From a virus, in the IMG/VR virus record IMGVR_UViG_3300025289_000026, positions 1 to 64,000 of that record: a stretch of DNA of 64,000 nt; one strand, written 5' to 3'. Below the pieces are notes generated by a model. It did not search any database. It saw nothing but the letters and a program-made list of their open reading frames with translations, and was not told the DNA's origin. The translations under genes and the position numbers were made by a program. Below are positions 47,346 to 57,452 of the stretch, piece by piece; the first letter of the stretch is position 1; each line of letters begins with the position of its first letter.

Positions 47346-48040
47346 AATTTCCTGGTGGTTGGGTTCATGACCTCGGGGCAGATGCCACGGAACCTGCAGC
47401 TCGAGGTACAGGGGGATGTCCCGAACCAATGTTTCTTGGTTTCGGGTGGTACCCCGCGGGTGATTGCATCCTCTACCTTCAGGAGCATGGTCCACATTTT
47501 CTTGGCACGATCCGGGCTGTAGGGTACCCGGTACTGCCGGGTCGAGAAATCGTTCCGGCAGATGTACAACAAGTACCCAAGGGTCGCGTTGGTCCTGCTC
47601 ATGTAAAGTTGCAGTTGGTCTTCGTGCTTCTCCAACGGGGTTTTGCCAAGGCTGTCGAACACCGACTTGGAGCAGGTCTTGTATTCATGAACCTCGTGGT
47701 GCTCTTGAGGTCCATGGACATCAGCATCACACCGGCCGGAGCAATGGCTGGAGAACTGGATCCTGAGCTCTGGGCTATAGGTCCACCCCACCATGTCATA
47801 ATGCTTGGCCATTCCATGCTGTACTTGCTCGTGGATATACTTCCCCACGTCCATCATCCCGTTGGATTCGAAGGTTCGGTCTTCCTTGAGCCCCGGGGTC
47901 TTGAGAGCATCGTGGTAACAGGCAAACAGACAACCGTTCACCAGGTTGCTTGGATAGAATCTTCCCGTCGGTTCCCTTGGGGTCTGGTGGAGCGATGGCC
48001 AGGATAGCCGGACAATATCCTCGGGGGTCATGGGGGCCAT
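47342..48040 (-). CDS. Cas4-like PD-(D/E)XK exonuclease
   Basis: PS....C, G..IHE, GRCD, EYKT, QLQLYM, C-terminal C...C.FR.IC. Confidence 0.85.
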   Translation of the reverse strand: MAPMTPEDIVRLSWPSLHQTPREPTGRFYPSNLVNGCLFACYHDALKTPGLKEDRTFESNGMMDVGKYIHEQVQHGMAKHYDMVGWTYSPELRIQFSSHCSGRCDADVHGPQEHHEVHEYKTCSKSVFDSLGKTPLEKHEDQLQLYMSRTNATLGYLLYICRNDFSTRQYRVPYSPDRAKKMWTMLLKVEDAITRGVPPETKKHWFGTSPCTSSCRFRGICPEVMNPTTRKL

Positions 48041-48058
48041 TGTACAGATCCTTAAAAA

Positions 48059-48466
48059 TTACGCAAGTTTTAGAAGATCACGCCCGATAGAACCGGACAC
48101 CACTTTGAATACCTGGCCCCCGGCGGCAAAATGGATCATGTGGCTATAGGGTTCCAAGGTGTTGTCACTCTCGAGGGTCTCGAGCTCCAGGCAGTAGCCC
48201 GGCACCACGATGATCTCGCGATGATGCCGGATAAAGTTGACCAAGAGCATCGGGGTACGGCTCGATACCCTGGCATCCTGCAGCAGCTTCCGGATGACCC
48301 TGTTGGTAACCTTGAAGGTATCCTTGGCCGTGCTCTTGACCTCCTGGACCCATCGTTCTCCATGGCGCCCATCTCCCTTGCTGTGCCACATGGCCCCGGA
48401 GTTGGCATTGACCTTCCCGCCGTACTTCTTGATGACGTCGCGTTCGCGTCGTTTCCAATGGTTCAC
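48059..48466 (-). CDS. Holliday junction resolvase-like PD-(D/E)XK nuclease
   Basis: ERDV..NSGA...KGD...EVKST. Confidence 0.7.
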   Translation of the reverse strand: MNHWKRRERDVIKKYGGKVNANSGAMWHSKGDGRHGERWVQEVKSTAKDTFKVTNRVIRKLLQDARVSSRTPMLLVNFIRHHREIIVVPGYCLELETLESDNTLEPYSHMIHFAAGGQVFKVVSGSIGRDLLKLA

Positions 48467-49761
48467 TCGGGTTCCTCACCGGACTCGCGATCTTGCAGAC
48501 TTTCGTCCATGATCTTGGCCCTGGGGTCAGGGAGTGAGGTCTTGTGTATCCCCCGGATCTCCAGGGCCTTGTGAGCCTGGAGAATATCATCCTGAACCAT
48601 CTTGAGGAGATCCGGATCGGTCTGGAGGATGAGGGCCAAGTCCTCTCGTTTTACCTGCTCACCATTCAGTTCCAAGACCCCGTCCCCATAGAACCATTTG
48701 TTACCTTGATATTTGAATATGTCGGATGACACCGCCAGGTCCGTGACCTCACTGTAGATGTCGGGTCCAATGGGAAGACCCCGGGGGTTGTCCCCCCGGA
48801 TCACGTAGGTGACCTGGCATGACCTGTGGGGTACGCAGATCTTGGACTTGTCCACCGTGATGGAGATCTGTTTGGCCCAGGTCTTCTTGTTCGTCGTGAC
48901 GAAGGATGCCACCCGGGTCTTGAGGGCCAGGTGCTTGTCATGCTTGAGGGCATAGCCCCCGGGGGTATCGGTGGCCTCGCCGGTTGGACTCCAGCCCCCG
49001 ATCTTGGCCCTGATCTGGTTGATGATCACGAGGGCTGTCTTGAGATTCTCACGACTCAATCGGTTGCATAGGCTCAAGAGGAAGTTGCAATGACGGTTCA
49101 CAAGCTTGGGATTCAGGGCCACGTGGACATCTTCATGCTCTCCCGCGAGTTCCTTGTCCGTCACCATGGCCCCGATGGAATCCAGGATATAGAGGTTGAG
49201 CTCCCCGGTGAGCAGGAGACGCTTGACCTTGTTTAGCTCGGTCTCGGCATTATCCCCATACAGCAGGATGAACTTGCCCCCGCCCTCCTGGGACGCGACG
49301 ATCCTGTCGACCTCCTGGGCCACGACCCCCAGGTTCTTGAACATCTTGATCTCAAGGTCCGAGTACGGGATCTTGACCCCTTGGTGCCGAACCCAGTTGA
49401 GATCCAGCCCGGCGCTCTCGGTCGAGACGACCGCGATGGCGCAGTTTTTACCGAAGACCTGTTGGGCGCTCTTGGCTAACCCGAGCGCTATGGTGGACTT
49501 GAAGGTTGCGGGTGGGCCAAAGATCTCGGTGATGGCGTTGTACGGGATCCCGCCCCCCGTGATCACGTTGACCCCAAAGATCTGGGCCGGGAGCCGATCC
49601 TCGAACGCAGGGGTTATGTTGCTCCCAACTTCAATGACCCCGCCGTAGTCCCGCCGTAGCTCCTGGATCACCAGGTCTAACCTGCTCTTGCTACTCTTGA
49701 GCTTCGTCGACTTGGGGGTCTTGGGTACCAGATCCTTGGGCTTTTGTTTTTTCTTCGCCAT
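48463..49761 (-). CDS. recA: RecA/UvsX recombinase
   Basis: GGGIP, EIFGPPATFKS, ILDSIGAM, IINQIRAKIG, TPGGYALKH. Confidence 0.92.
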   Translation of the reverse strand: MAKKKQKPKDLVPKTPKSTKLKSSKSRLDLVIQELRRDYGGVIEVGSNITPAFEDRLPAQIFGVNVITGGGIPYNAITEIFGPPATFKSTIALGLAKSAQQVFGKNCAIAVVSTESAGLDLNWVRHQGVKIPYSDLEIKMFKNLGVVAQEVDRIVASQEGGGKFILLYGDNAETELNKVKRLLLTGELNLYILDSIGAMVTDKELAGEHEDVHVALNPKLVNRHCNFLLSLCNRLSRENLKTALVIINQIRAKIGGWSPTGEATDTPGGYALKHDKHLALKTRVASFVTTNKKTWAKQISITVDKSKICVPHRSCQVTYVIRGDNPRGLPIGPDIYSEVTDLAVSSDIFKYQGNKWFYGDGVLELNGEQVKREDLALILQTDPDLLKMVQDDILQAHKALEIRGIHKTSLPDPRAKIMDESLQDRESGEEPE

Positions 49762-50587
49762 ATTTAACCGCCTTGTATGCTCGGTAGAGTGATGCACAGT
49801 TGTCTTCTATCGACTCGCCGTACTGGTGACTCGGGATCATGCCGCTGGGGCGTGGATGATAATGGACGGCCGAGACCCAGGTATCGGGCAGGAATACGAT
49901 GTCGTGTCTTGACGACACCGACAACGACACCGCCATTGGGTCGGGTTGAAAATCAAACACCACGGCCACCCGGGTTTTGCCCCGGAGCCGGAATTTCATG
50001 GAAGCGAACGGCCGGTCGTTAAGCTCGCCGTGATACCGGGCCGATGGAAGGAGCGGCGACGCCCCGGTGGCCAGGATCCACTTGCGGATGAACTCGACTC
50101 GTTCCTGCTGCCGCAGGCTTGCGATGGGCTTGTTCGAGAGGGTCAGATCCGCAATCCGGACACAGACGGACAGATCCATACTTCCGGGTGGGAGTGCCGC
50201 ATCGAGGGCATTGACTACTGTCCTGTGTATCGACTCCGTATTTTTCCATTGGGGAACCTCGATTGAATTGGTTTTCAGGTACAACCTCATGGTATCAGGT
50301 TTGTAGAACCCCTGGCCTGTGTTCACGCTGTAAACCCTCCCGGTGAACTTCCGGTGCTCCAGATGACCGAAATGCTGGAGCATCATCTTGCGGTCTGTCA
50401 AGAACGCGGTGTACTTGACGTAGTGGAGGAAGGCGTAGACCGCGTCAGCCGCCTGGTGGTAACTGAGGCCCGTGTGGTCCGCTACCTCCTGGATGATCCT
50501 GTGGGCCGAGATCTTGGGCTTCATGCCCTTGGTCTCGGGGGCCGTGGGATCGGGCTCTTGGATGATTTTGTCGATCGGGTCGGTCAT
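49691..50587 (-). CDS. HU/IHF-like domain fused to an unknown domain
   Basis: IIQEVADHTGLS...A..AV..F...LQHFGHLE.RK..GR...NTG. Confidence 0.7.
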   Translation of the reverse strand: MTDPIDKIIQEPDPTAPETKGMKPKISAHRIIQEVADHTGLSYHQAADAVYAFLHYVKYTAFLTDRKMMLQHFGHLEHRKFTGRVYSVNTGQGFYKPDTMRLYLKTNSIEVPQWKNTESIHRTVVNALDAALPPGSMDLSVCVRIADLTLSNKPIASLRQQERVEFIRKWILATGASPLLPSARYHGELNDRPFASMKFRLRGKTRVAVVFDFQPDPMAVSLSVSSRHDIVFLPDTWVSAVHYHPRPSGMIPSHQYGESIEDNCASLYRAYKAVKYGEEKTKAQGSGTQDPQVDEAQE

Positions 50588-50604
50588 GTTGGAGTCCTTG
50601 TATT

Positions 50605-53600
50605 CTATTTCGCCGCAGACCACGTAGTTGCGTATTTCGCACTTACCTTCAGGGGCACCCGCCAATCGATGTGACTCATCGATGCCTCCATGTGGTTCAC
50701 AATGATGATCTTGGCTTCTTCGGCGTGCTGGTCCGGTACTTCTTCCACGACTTCGTCGTGAACCTGGAGCACGAGATCCGCCCCCATGGTCTTGAGCACT
50801 GGATCGTTCGTGATCGCGGGCATGTAGTAGCGCATCAGGTCTGCTGCGGAGTTGTGAGTGATGACCCCGTTGACCATAAATCGTCCAGTGTCGCTGTTGA
50901 CTACATCGAACATCTCGATGTATTCTTCAGTTTCTGTTACGCTACGGACAATCTCTACCCTGCCGAAGGCTTTGGACACGTTGTCATTCGCGAGTAGGCT
51001 CAGCGCCTTTGCATTCTTCGCAGGGTTCAGGAATCCGATCTGTTGTACAAATTTATGGAGATCGCGAGTGCGTAATCGTACGAGTGTTCTATCGACGTAG
51101 GTATGGACTCGACTTTCGATGCCAAACAACAACAGTGCTTGCTGTATCTCTTCGGCGTAAGTTCTGAATCTTCCGCCTTGCCCGAATGTAAGGGCGATAG
51201 TTTTGCCTGTCACGCCACCATCGCCATCAAACATTCCCCGTAAGAATCCACGCAACAATTCAGAATCTTTGAATATCTCCGCTGGAATGCCATTCTTAAG
51301 GTTTAGTTCGGTGGCTTGACGTGCCAGGACAGCGGAGTCCAGATTGAGTATGTGCATGGGTAATTTGTTGGGGCGCTGACGTGTACAGAGTCTATACCGT
51401 AGCCCTGCGGTGCTCAGGCAGTCCAGCATGTAGGGAAGGATACTGATCTCGTGCTCCGCTACCAGCCAGGTCAAGGCTTTATTTCGAACGATAGTTCCGT
51501 CTGAGGCCAATCTACCCAGCATGATCCCTAGAGCTAGAGGATTCTGTATGGCGCTGAGTGATATTCTTTTTGCGTTGCCGACACCATTCGGAGCTTTCCG
51601 GTGTGTCCTTAGTGTGGGTTTCGGAAGTTCTACATGACCATGAAACTTTACTGCATGGGCAAGTTTGATGCGCTCTATTGGTGCAAATTCTAGTGCGGTT
51701 CTAAAGCGTTCCGATCCAACTTCGTTAACCGTAAGGAATTTGTGCTCAGGGCTACAGATGATTCGATTACCAGATGCAAATTCAACGAGTATTTTCTTTT
51801 TCATACCGGAAGCGATCACCACCGCGCCGACAAAGGCGTTACCATCCCATATCCTTACCGATCTATTGACGAGCGACTTGATAGGAACGTAGCCGTGACC
51901 TTCGACCAATACCCTGGAGTTTCCCTCAACACAGCCCTGGATGATGGCGTTGAAGAGCTGGCGCTCCGCTTTGGAGGAAGCCCGTATGTTGTTGGACCAG
52001 ATCTCCGGCAGCCGTCGGCGCCTGTTCAGCAGCGTGAGGACAAACCCATTGGCCTTGCAGAAACCTGTGTGATACTTCTTGGCCTGGAGTATCCCAGGGA
52101 ATGTTTTGAAGAACAGGTCGATGATCGCTCTGGCTTCCTCAAGCGTAACCCCAAGGTTGGCGGCCAATCGTTTGTCCCCCATGCCGTACAGGATGCCGAA
52201 GAGCAATGTCTTGGCCGACTTGCGGCACGCCAACATCTTCTTTTGTGCGGACGTCAGGACACCACCCGACTCCTTGAGAACCTTGGCCTCGAGGATGTCC
52301 TCGTACTTGAGGTCAAACAGGCTCGCGGCCGTGTAGGCGTGGAGGTCGCGGCCCTCTAGCAACACCTTGATCAAATTCTCATCACCCGATATCTGGGCCG
52401 TGAGCAAGACCTCCAGTTGGCTGAAATCCGCCACCACGAGGGATCTGCCCTCCGGGGCCTTGAAGGCAATCCGGATATCGTACTGCTGGATGCGCTCGTC
52501 TTCCGATGGGTTCTCGACGTTCTGTAGATTTGGTGAGGCAGAACTGGTACGTCCGGTCCGAGTCCCGGTGACGCGAAACTGACAATGGACTCGTCCGTCA
52601 CTCTTGATATGGCTGGACAAGCCCTCGACATATGTGCTCAACAGCTTGCTGAGTTTCCGGTGCTCCAACAGGGGGGTAATGTCATCGGGGTAGTCTTCCT
52701 CCAGGATTTCGAGTGCCTCTTTTTTGTACGAGGCCTTCCGTATCCCGCTGGCCCCGCCATCCGTGTACTTGACGATCGGCATCCCGATGGTCTCGTGGAA
52801 CAACCGGTGTAGCTGGTCACTGGAGTTTAGGTTGATGACATGGCCTGCCCGCTGGGTGTAGAAGTTCTCAATCTCCTGAATCCTTGATTTCAAAGGAGCT
52901 TCGTACCGTTTGAGCGCATGGGCCTCGACGCAGGCGCCGTTGTGCTCCATCGTCCAGATGGACTTGACATACGGTTCCTCCATCTCGATGTAGTAGTCCC
53001 AAAGGGATTTGCCGTCTTGCCATACCTGCTCCTCAAGCCGACGCTTGAGTTCGTAAAAAAGCAGCAAGGTGGCGTAGGGATCGGTGGCCGCGTAGTCTAG
53101 GAATACTTCTCGTTTGGTCTCCATGGCCCACTCGGCCGGCGACAGGTTGATCCCCTTGGGCGGTTTCTTAAACAGGGTGCTGAATGGCTTCATCCCGTGG
53201 ATTAATCCGTAATCTCCGCAACATTCCTTGAGTCCATGACGACCGTACCGGTTCTCATCCACCAGGTGATCCATCACCAGGGTGTCGAACACCCGGGCAC
53301 GGAATCCCGGGCGAACCCTCCAGGTGCGCCAACAGATGTGGGCGTCGTAGGGGTAGTTGTGGGCAATGACGTCAACCCCAACGCAGTCGAGCATCGAGAC
53401 CAACGGGACCGCGACCACGGGGTTGGGTTCGAATACCAGGCGGGACCCTTGCGCAAGATCGAACAATTGGTCACCCCATTGGGGTCTCCAGGGTGTCTTG
53501 GGAACGCTCAAGGACACCAGGACGTTGCGGGCGACGTGGGGATCCTCACTCGTGGTTTCGGTATCGAACGCCACGATCCCCAGGTCGCGGATCACCTGGG

Positions 53601-53667
53601 ACAAGACCAAAGCCTCGGCCTCAGTCTTGATTTCGATGTATGGTAGAAGGGAGTGAAATTTTGGCAT
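50605..53667 (-). CDS. polA: Family A DNA polymerase (3'-5' exo plus polymerase) with intein
   Basis: FDTET, HNYPYD, TGRTSSASPNLQN, ADFSQLE, RKSAKTLLFGILYG, QVHDE. Confidence 0.95.
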   Translation of the reverse strand: MPKFHSLLPYIEIKTEAEALVLSQVIRDLGIVAFDTETTSEDPHVARNVLVSLSVPKTPWRPQWGDQLFDLAQGSRLVFEPNPVVAVPLVSMLDCVGVDVIAHNYPYDAHICWRTWRVRPGFRARVFDTLVMDHLVDENRYGRHGLKECCGDYGLIHGMKPFSTLFKKPPKGINLSPAEWAMETKREVFLDYAATDPYATLLLFYELKRRLEEQVWQDGKSLWDYYIEMEEPYVKSIWTMEHNGACVEAHALKRYEAPLKSRIQEIENFYTQRAGHVINLNSSDQLHRLFHETIGMPIVKYTDGGASGIRKASYKKEALEILEEDYPDDITPLLEHRKLSKLLSTYVEGLSSHIKSDGRVHCQFRVTGTRTGRTSSASPNLQNVENPSEDERIQQYDIRIAFKAPEGRSLVVADFSQLEVLLTAQISGDENLIKVLLEGRDLHAYTAASLFDLKYEDILEAKVLKESGGVLTSAQKKMLACRKSAKTLLFGILYGMGDKRLAANLGVTLEEARAIIDLFFKTFPGILQAKKYHTGFCKANGFVLTLLNRRRRLPEIWSNNIRASSKAERQLFNAIIQGCVEGNSRVLVEGHGYVPIKSLVNRSVRIWDGNAFVGAVVIASGMKKKILVEFASGNRIICSPEHKFLTVNEVGSERFRTALEFAPIERIKLAHAVKFHGHVELPKPTLRTHRKAPNGVGNAKRISLSAIQNPLALGIMLGRLASDGTIVRNKALTWLVAEHEISILPYMLDCLSTAGLRYRLCTRQRPNKLPMHILNLDSAVLARQATELNLKNGIPAEIFKDSELLRGFLRGMFDGDGGVTGKTIALTFGQGGRFRTYAEEIQQALLLFGIESRVHTYVDRTLVRLRTRDLHKFVQQIGFLNPAKNAKALSLLANDNVSKAFGRVEIVRSVTETEEYIEMFDVVNSDTGRFMVNGVITHNSAADLMRYYMPAITNDPVLKTMGADLVLQVHDEVVEEVPDQHAEEAKIIIVNHMEASMSHIDWRVPLKVSAKYATTWSAAK
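50851..51933 (-). mobile_element. Intein with LAGLIDADG homing endonuclease (361 aa)
   Basis: Starts CVEGNSRV, ends VITHN|S; LGRLASDG and FLRGMFDGDG motifs; splits IQG|SAAD; lower GC. Confidence 0.95.
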
Positions 53668-54286
53668 GTGGCATCACCAGCCCATAGATGTTGATTCCAG
53701 CGCGATAAAAGACCCCCTTGGCCGCGACCGGCAGGCTACGCCACGAATGGGTTGGTTCTCGAAACGAATCCCTGACCCCTGAGTAAAGTTGTACCAGCTT
53801 GTTATCCAGCAGGTTTCGGTAATACCGTATCCCAACATGGACGACCTCGTTGTGACGATTGGTCGTTAGAAACACGATCCCTTCGGAGTTCTCCCCCATC
53901 TTGACAAGCGGGAGGCGTTCCTGAGGCCCGGCGTCGGCCTGGGCTTCCGCCAGCGCCACGATGTCGGACATGAAGAGACTTTTGTTGTAGATCAAGCTTT
54001 TGAACTTTTGGTCCACGTCGTACTTGGCCTTGGGGTCAAGCATTTCGGTGGACGGTAATTCGGCGTTCTGACGTGCGTACATCCCGATGGCCCTGAGTCG
54101 CATGGGTACCAGTAGTTTGGATGCTTCCCGAATCGCCATGACGGAATATAAGTCCGTCGCGACCACCAGGTCCTGGGAGGCCACGTAGGCCAGAAGCCCC
54201 CCAGGACCCAGGTTCCGGGCGTAATCCTCGATCAGCCCCCGTAGGGCCGAGCGTTCGGATTTGAGGTATTGGAACCTTGTAGCCAT
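53621..54286 (-). CDS. Hypothetical protein
   Basis: 221-aa ORF within the replication operon. Confidence 0.7.
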   Translation of the reverse strand: MATRFQYLKSERSALRGLIEDYARNLGPGGLLAYVASQDLVVATDLYSVMAIREASKLLVPMRLRAIGMYARQNAELPSTEMLDPKAKYDVDQKFKSLIYNKSLFMSDIVALAEAQADAGPQERLPLVKMGENSEGIVFLTTNRHNEVVHVGIRYYRNLLDNKLVQLYSGVRDSFREPTHSWRSLPVAAKGVFYRAGINIYGLVMPHAKISLPSTIHRNQD

Positions 54287-55239
54287 TCTTTCGGTATCGC
54301 GAGTCCGATTTCTTCTGCCTGTTGCCCGATGGTCGGGCCTTTCGTGATGATGAGGTTGAGTCTCTCGAAGAAATGCTCCAAGTCTTCAAAATCAGGTTGT
54401 ACCACCTGGTAGCCCTTGGCCTCGGCATAGTCATAAGCTGACTTTTTTCGCGGCTGACCATCGCGGCCAATCGTGTTGGTCACGGTCTTGGAGACGTAGA
54501 TCACGATGTCGTACAGTGCCTTGGGATGCGGTTGGCCACACTTGGTGCAGCGGCGCACAACCTCGGGGTATCCTTCGATCTTGCACATCTGGCACACCGC
54601 AGGGTTGTACCGCACTTGTTCGAATTGCTCGACGTTCAACTGGGCAATCTGGTGGGTGTTGAACATCGGGGCCTTGCACTGCTGGCACGCCAGAGCTTCG
54701 ATCTGCATGAGGCCCCCGCAGCCTTTGCACTCGTTCTGTACATTGTTGTGAAGTTGCCGGATGTCCCGGTACTGGGCTCCGCTGCAGTACAGCACCTTGA
54801 GACCCCCGGGCACTACCATCTGGCGTTGCGCCGGGTCGACAATCGGGACATTCGCTGGAATCAAGGTTTTCTTGCCATTGGTTTCGATGTAGCGGCCGTG
54901 GTCAAACACCGGGATCACGATCTCGCTGGGGGCGGAGCGTTGCCCGCGGTCGGCCCGGAGCTGACTCGTGGCTTTGCCGTAGCACGTGAGGCAGCGGCCC
55001 GTGGTGCTCTCGAATCCGTCGGTACATATGACCGGGGGCATGGTCTCCTTCTTGCCCGTCTTCTCGCTCACCCGTTCGATCCAATGGCGCCGGACCTCAG
55101 GGAAGCCGTTAGGGAACAGATCTTCCGGGGGTTGGAGCACCTGGATGGGAAGTTGGGACCCATCCTGCAGGATGACGTTGGGCAGGAACGGCATCCTGCC
55201 GCTTGAGGTCGGTTTGGTCTTGGTGAAGGCGTCGTTCAT
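54232..55239 (-). CDS. Putative single-stranded DNA-binding protein with multiple CxxC motifs
   Basis: RRHW...VIC...CLTC gp32-like pattern; strong RBS; between primase and polymerase. Confidence 0.6.
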   Translation of the reverse strand: MNDAFTKTKPTSSGRMPFLPNVILQDGSQLPIQVLQPPEDLFPNGFPEVRRHWIERVSEKTGKKETMPPVICTDGFESTTGRCLTCYGKATSQLRADRGQRSAPSEIVIPVFDHGRYIETNGKKTLIPANVPIVDPAQRQMVVPGGLKVLYCSGAQYRDIRQLHNNVQNECKGCGGLMQIEALACQQCKAPMFNTHQIAQLNVEQFEQVRYNPAVCQMCKIEGYPEVVRRCTKCGQPHPKALYDIVIYVSKTVTNTIGRDGQPRKKSAYDYAEAKGYQVVQPDFEDLEHFFERLNLIITKGPTIGQQAEEIGLAIPKEWLQGSNTSNPNARPYGG

Positions 55240-55278
55240 AGGTTCTCCTTGTAGTGGGTAGCTAAGTAGCCTGATGGT

Positions 55279-56139
55279 CTAGTTAGCTGGGTTAAACAGG
55301 TGTTTTATTTCTTCAGGTGACAGGTTATCCGGTTGGGCCCCTGGGTACTGGAGCACCGTCGCGGGTACCCCTTGGGCCAGGAGCGCTTGTTGAACGATTT
55401 TCCCAGAGGTTCTTCCGGAAACGTCGTTGTCAAACACCACGATAACACGGTCCGCCAGATTCTGCAAATGGGTGATTTGTGACGGCGTCACCTTGGTCCC
55501 CATGGTGGCGACGACGTTGTCGACCCCGTGCTGCTTGAGCCAAAGGCAGGCCTTGTACCCCTCGACCACATAAAGCAACGGGGTGCCCTTGGGCACCAGG
55601 TGGCCCCCGTAGAGCCATGACTTGTTTCGAGGTGCATAGTTGTGATCTACAGCACCCCGGAGCATCGTCCCGGTATAGACTTTATACCGCGGTTCCACCC
55701 CGTCGGCCGCTCGCCCGCTGATTGCCACGAGACGACCACCGGGTGCCCGGATTGGGAACGTGATGCGCTCGTACATCATGTCGTACCCGACTTCGAATTT
55801 CAGTAATGTGGCTTCGGAGAAACCTGTGTCCGCCAGGGCCACGGGGCAGTAGCGAAACAGCGCCAAGACCGATTCGTTCATCTGGTCGTTCGTTTCCCGG
55901 CGGATCGCGGGCATCAGGTTGACGCCGTCGAAATTATACCCAAGTAATTTCTTGAGGGATTCGAAATTTCCTGTGATCCCGCAGCTAAAGCACCGGTAGT
56001 GGCCACTGGCCAGATGGACTGAAAAACTTGGATGTGCCTCTTGTCCGCCCTTGTGGACAGGGCACGCGGCAATCGCATGGGTATCGCTGGTACGACGCAC
56101 CAGGTTGAGCCGGGCGTCGAGCTGGTCTAACAAATCCAT
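55279..56139 (-). CDS. DnaG-type primase
   Basis: CPVH...CFSC zinc finger, RITFPI, SGRA, VVEG and VFDND TOPRIM motifs. Confidence 0.9.
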   Translation of the reverse strand: MDLLDQLDARLNLVRRTSDTHAIAACPVHKGGQEAHPSFSVHLASGHYRCFSCGITGNFESLKKLLGYNFDGVNLMPAIRRETNDQMNESVLALFRYCPVALADTGFSEATLLKFEVGYDMMYERITFPIRAPGGRLVAISGRAADGVEPRYKVYTGTMLRGAVDHNYAPRNKSWLYGGHLVPKGTPLLYVVEGYKACLWLKQHGVDNVVATMGTKVTPSQITHLQNLADRVIVVFDNDVSGRTSGKIVQQALLAQGVPATVLQYPGAQPDNLSPEEIKHLFNPAN

Positions 56140-57452
56140 TAGTCGTTGAACCGGTTGGTCTCCTTGGATTCTTCCTCATCCTCCCCAAGGTACTTGGACG
56201 GAAGTTTCCAGTCGGGTTGACCGTTGGGCAACATGATGGGGCCAAGGCCATGACAGCATTTGTTCCCAACGGAGAAGCCGTCCAGCGTGGTCTCGCGGGC
56301 CGCCTGGACTAAAAAAACCGTACGTTCGAGACGTTTGTCATTGTCGAGCCGGAGCATGAGGTCACAGTCCATCGCAAAGGCATCGGAGAACGCCGCGTCT
56401 CCCGTGACCCAGAGGCGTGCTCTCTCGCCCTTCCGATTCGCCTGGGTCGTGATGACACTCGGGAGCTTGAGCGCTTGGCAAAGGTGTTGCAGATCGTAAC
56501 TGATGTTCCGGATGGTCTTGGGGTCGGCGTCCCGTTTCTTGGTCTGCTGATCCACCATCTTGTAGAGCGAGTCCACCAACAGGATGTCGGGCTTATATTC
56601 GTCGATCTTGGCCATGAGGGACGAGACCGTTCGGCCTTCGATGTTATCAGTCAGCGACGTGATGATGATCTCCTGTTCATACGGAATCGTATTCCGAGAC
56701 GTTAAGTATTCGCGGAACCTTGCCTCGTCGGTTTCAAACAAGCTGCCGCCGAGCACCTGGCCGTAGTCCACATGACACTGGATCGCGGCCGTACGGTTGA
56801 GCAGTACCTCCTCGGCCATTTCGCACGACACCACCAGGGAGCGCTTGCCAGCCCGTTGGGCCGCACACGCGATTTCCAGGAGCCGGAACGTCTTGGTAGA
56901 TTTCATACGCCCATAGATCACGTTGAATGTCCCTGGCTGGATTCCGCCGGTTGCCTCGTTGAGCGGTGCCCAAGGCCAGGGAATTCCCCTCATCCTGCCG
57001 CCATGCTTGATGTCGAGGTACATTTGATAGAGCTTACCCGAGTGGCTCGACATAGTGATGTCTTTTGACATCATCATGCTGGAGCTGGCGGCCGAGGCCC
57101 CGCGGTGCAGTTCCGCGACGGCGTCGTCATACTGCTGCATCGCGATGTTGCTTTCCGCGTTGGCAATCGAGGCCCTGAGGGTAATTTCGACTCGCTCCTT
57201 ATGAACCCTGTCCACTAGCTCCGAGACATTCATGGTGGTCTCGGGGGTGTACATGAACGCGGGGACAAGCCGTGTGATGTCCTCGAGTGGCGGGACGTTG
57301 GTGTGACGTTGGAAATATGCCCCGATGAATCCCCAGACGGCTTTTTCGTCTGGCGTGTAGAACGATCGTTCCGTAACCCCAAGGCGCTTGGCCTCCAGGA
57401 AATTGGTCGAGCTTTCGATCGCTTTGGTCAAGAGCTTGACAGTACTGCTCAT
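56139..57452 (-). CDS. DnaB-like replicative helicase
   Basis: LNEATGGIQPG, GRMKSTKT, VSCEM, LVDSLY, TTQANR. Confidence 0.9.
   Translation of the reverse strand: MSSTVKLLTKAIESSTNFLEAKRLGVTERSFYTPDEKAVWGFIGAYFQRHTNVPPLEDITRLVPAFMYTPETTMNVSELVDRVHKERVEITLRASIANAESNIAMQQYDDAVAELHRGASAASSSMMMSKDITMSSHSGKLYQMYLDIKHGGRMRGIPWPWAPLNEATGGIQPGTFNVIYGRMKSTKTFRLLEIACAAQRAGKRSLVVSCEMAEEVLLNRTAAIQCHVDYGQVLGGSLFETDEARFREYLTSRNTIPYEQEIIITSLTDNIEGRTVSSLMAKIDEYKPDILLVDSLYKMVDQQTKKRDADPKTIRNISYDLQHLCQALKLPSVITTQANRKGERARLWVTGDAAFSDAFAMDCDLMLRLDNDKRLERTVFLVQAARETTLDGFSVGNKCCHGLGPIMLPNGQPDWKLPSKYLGEDEEESKETNRFND

Noticed and set aside
47342-48040. Cas4-like gene as evidence of a CRISPR system
   Set aside because: No repeat-spacer array or other cas gene seen; solo Cas4-like nucleases are normal in phage recombination modules
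48463-49761. Atypical RecA Walker A (GPPATFKS) as inactivation
   Set aside because: T4 UvsX also has F-K-S at this position, so this is compatible with activity
57198-57203. CATAAG inside the DnaB gene as a fifth promoter
   Set aside because: No GTGTAT-like box 17 nt upstream, and it lies within coding sequence
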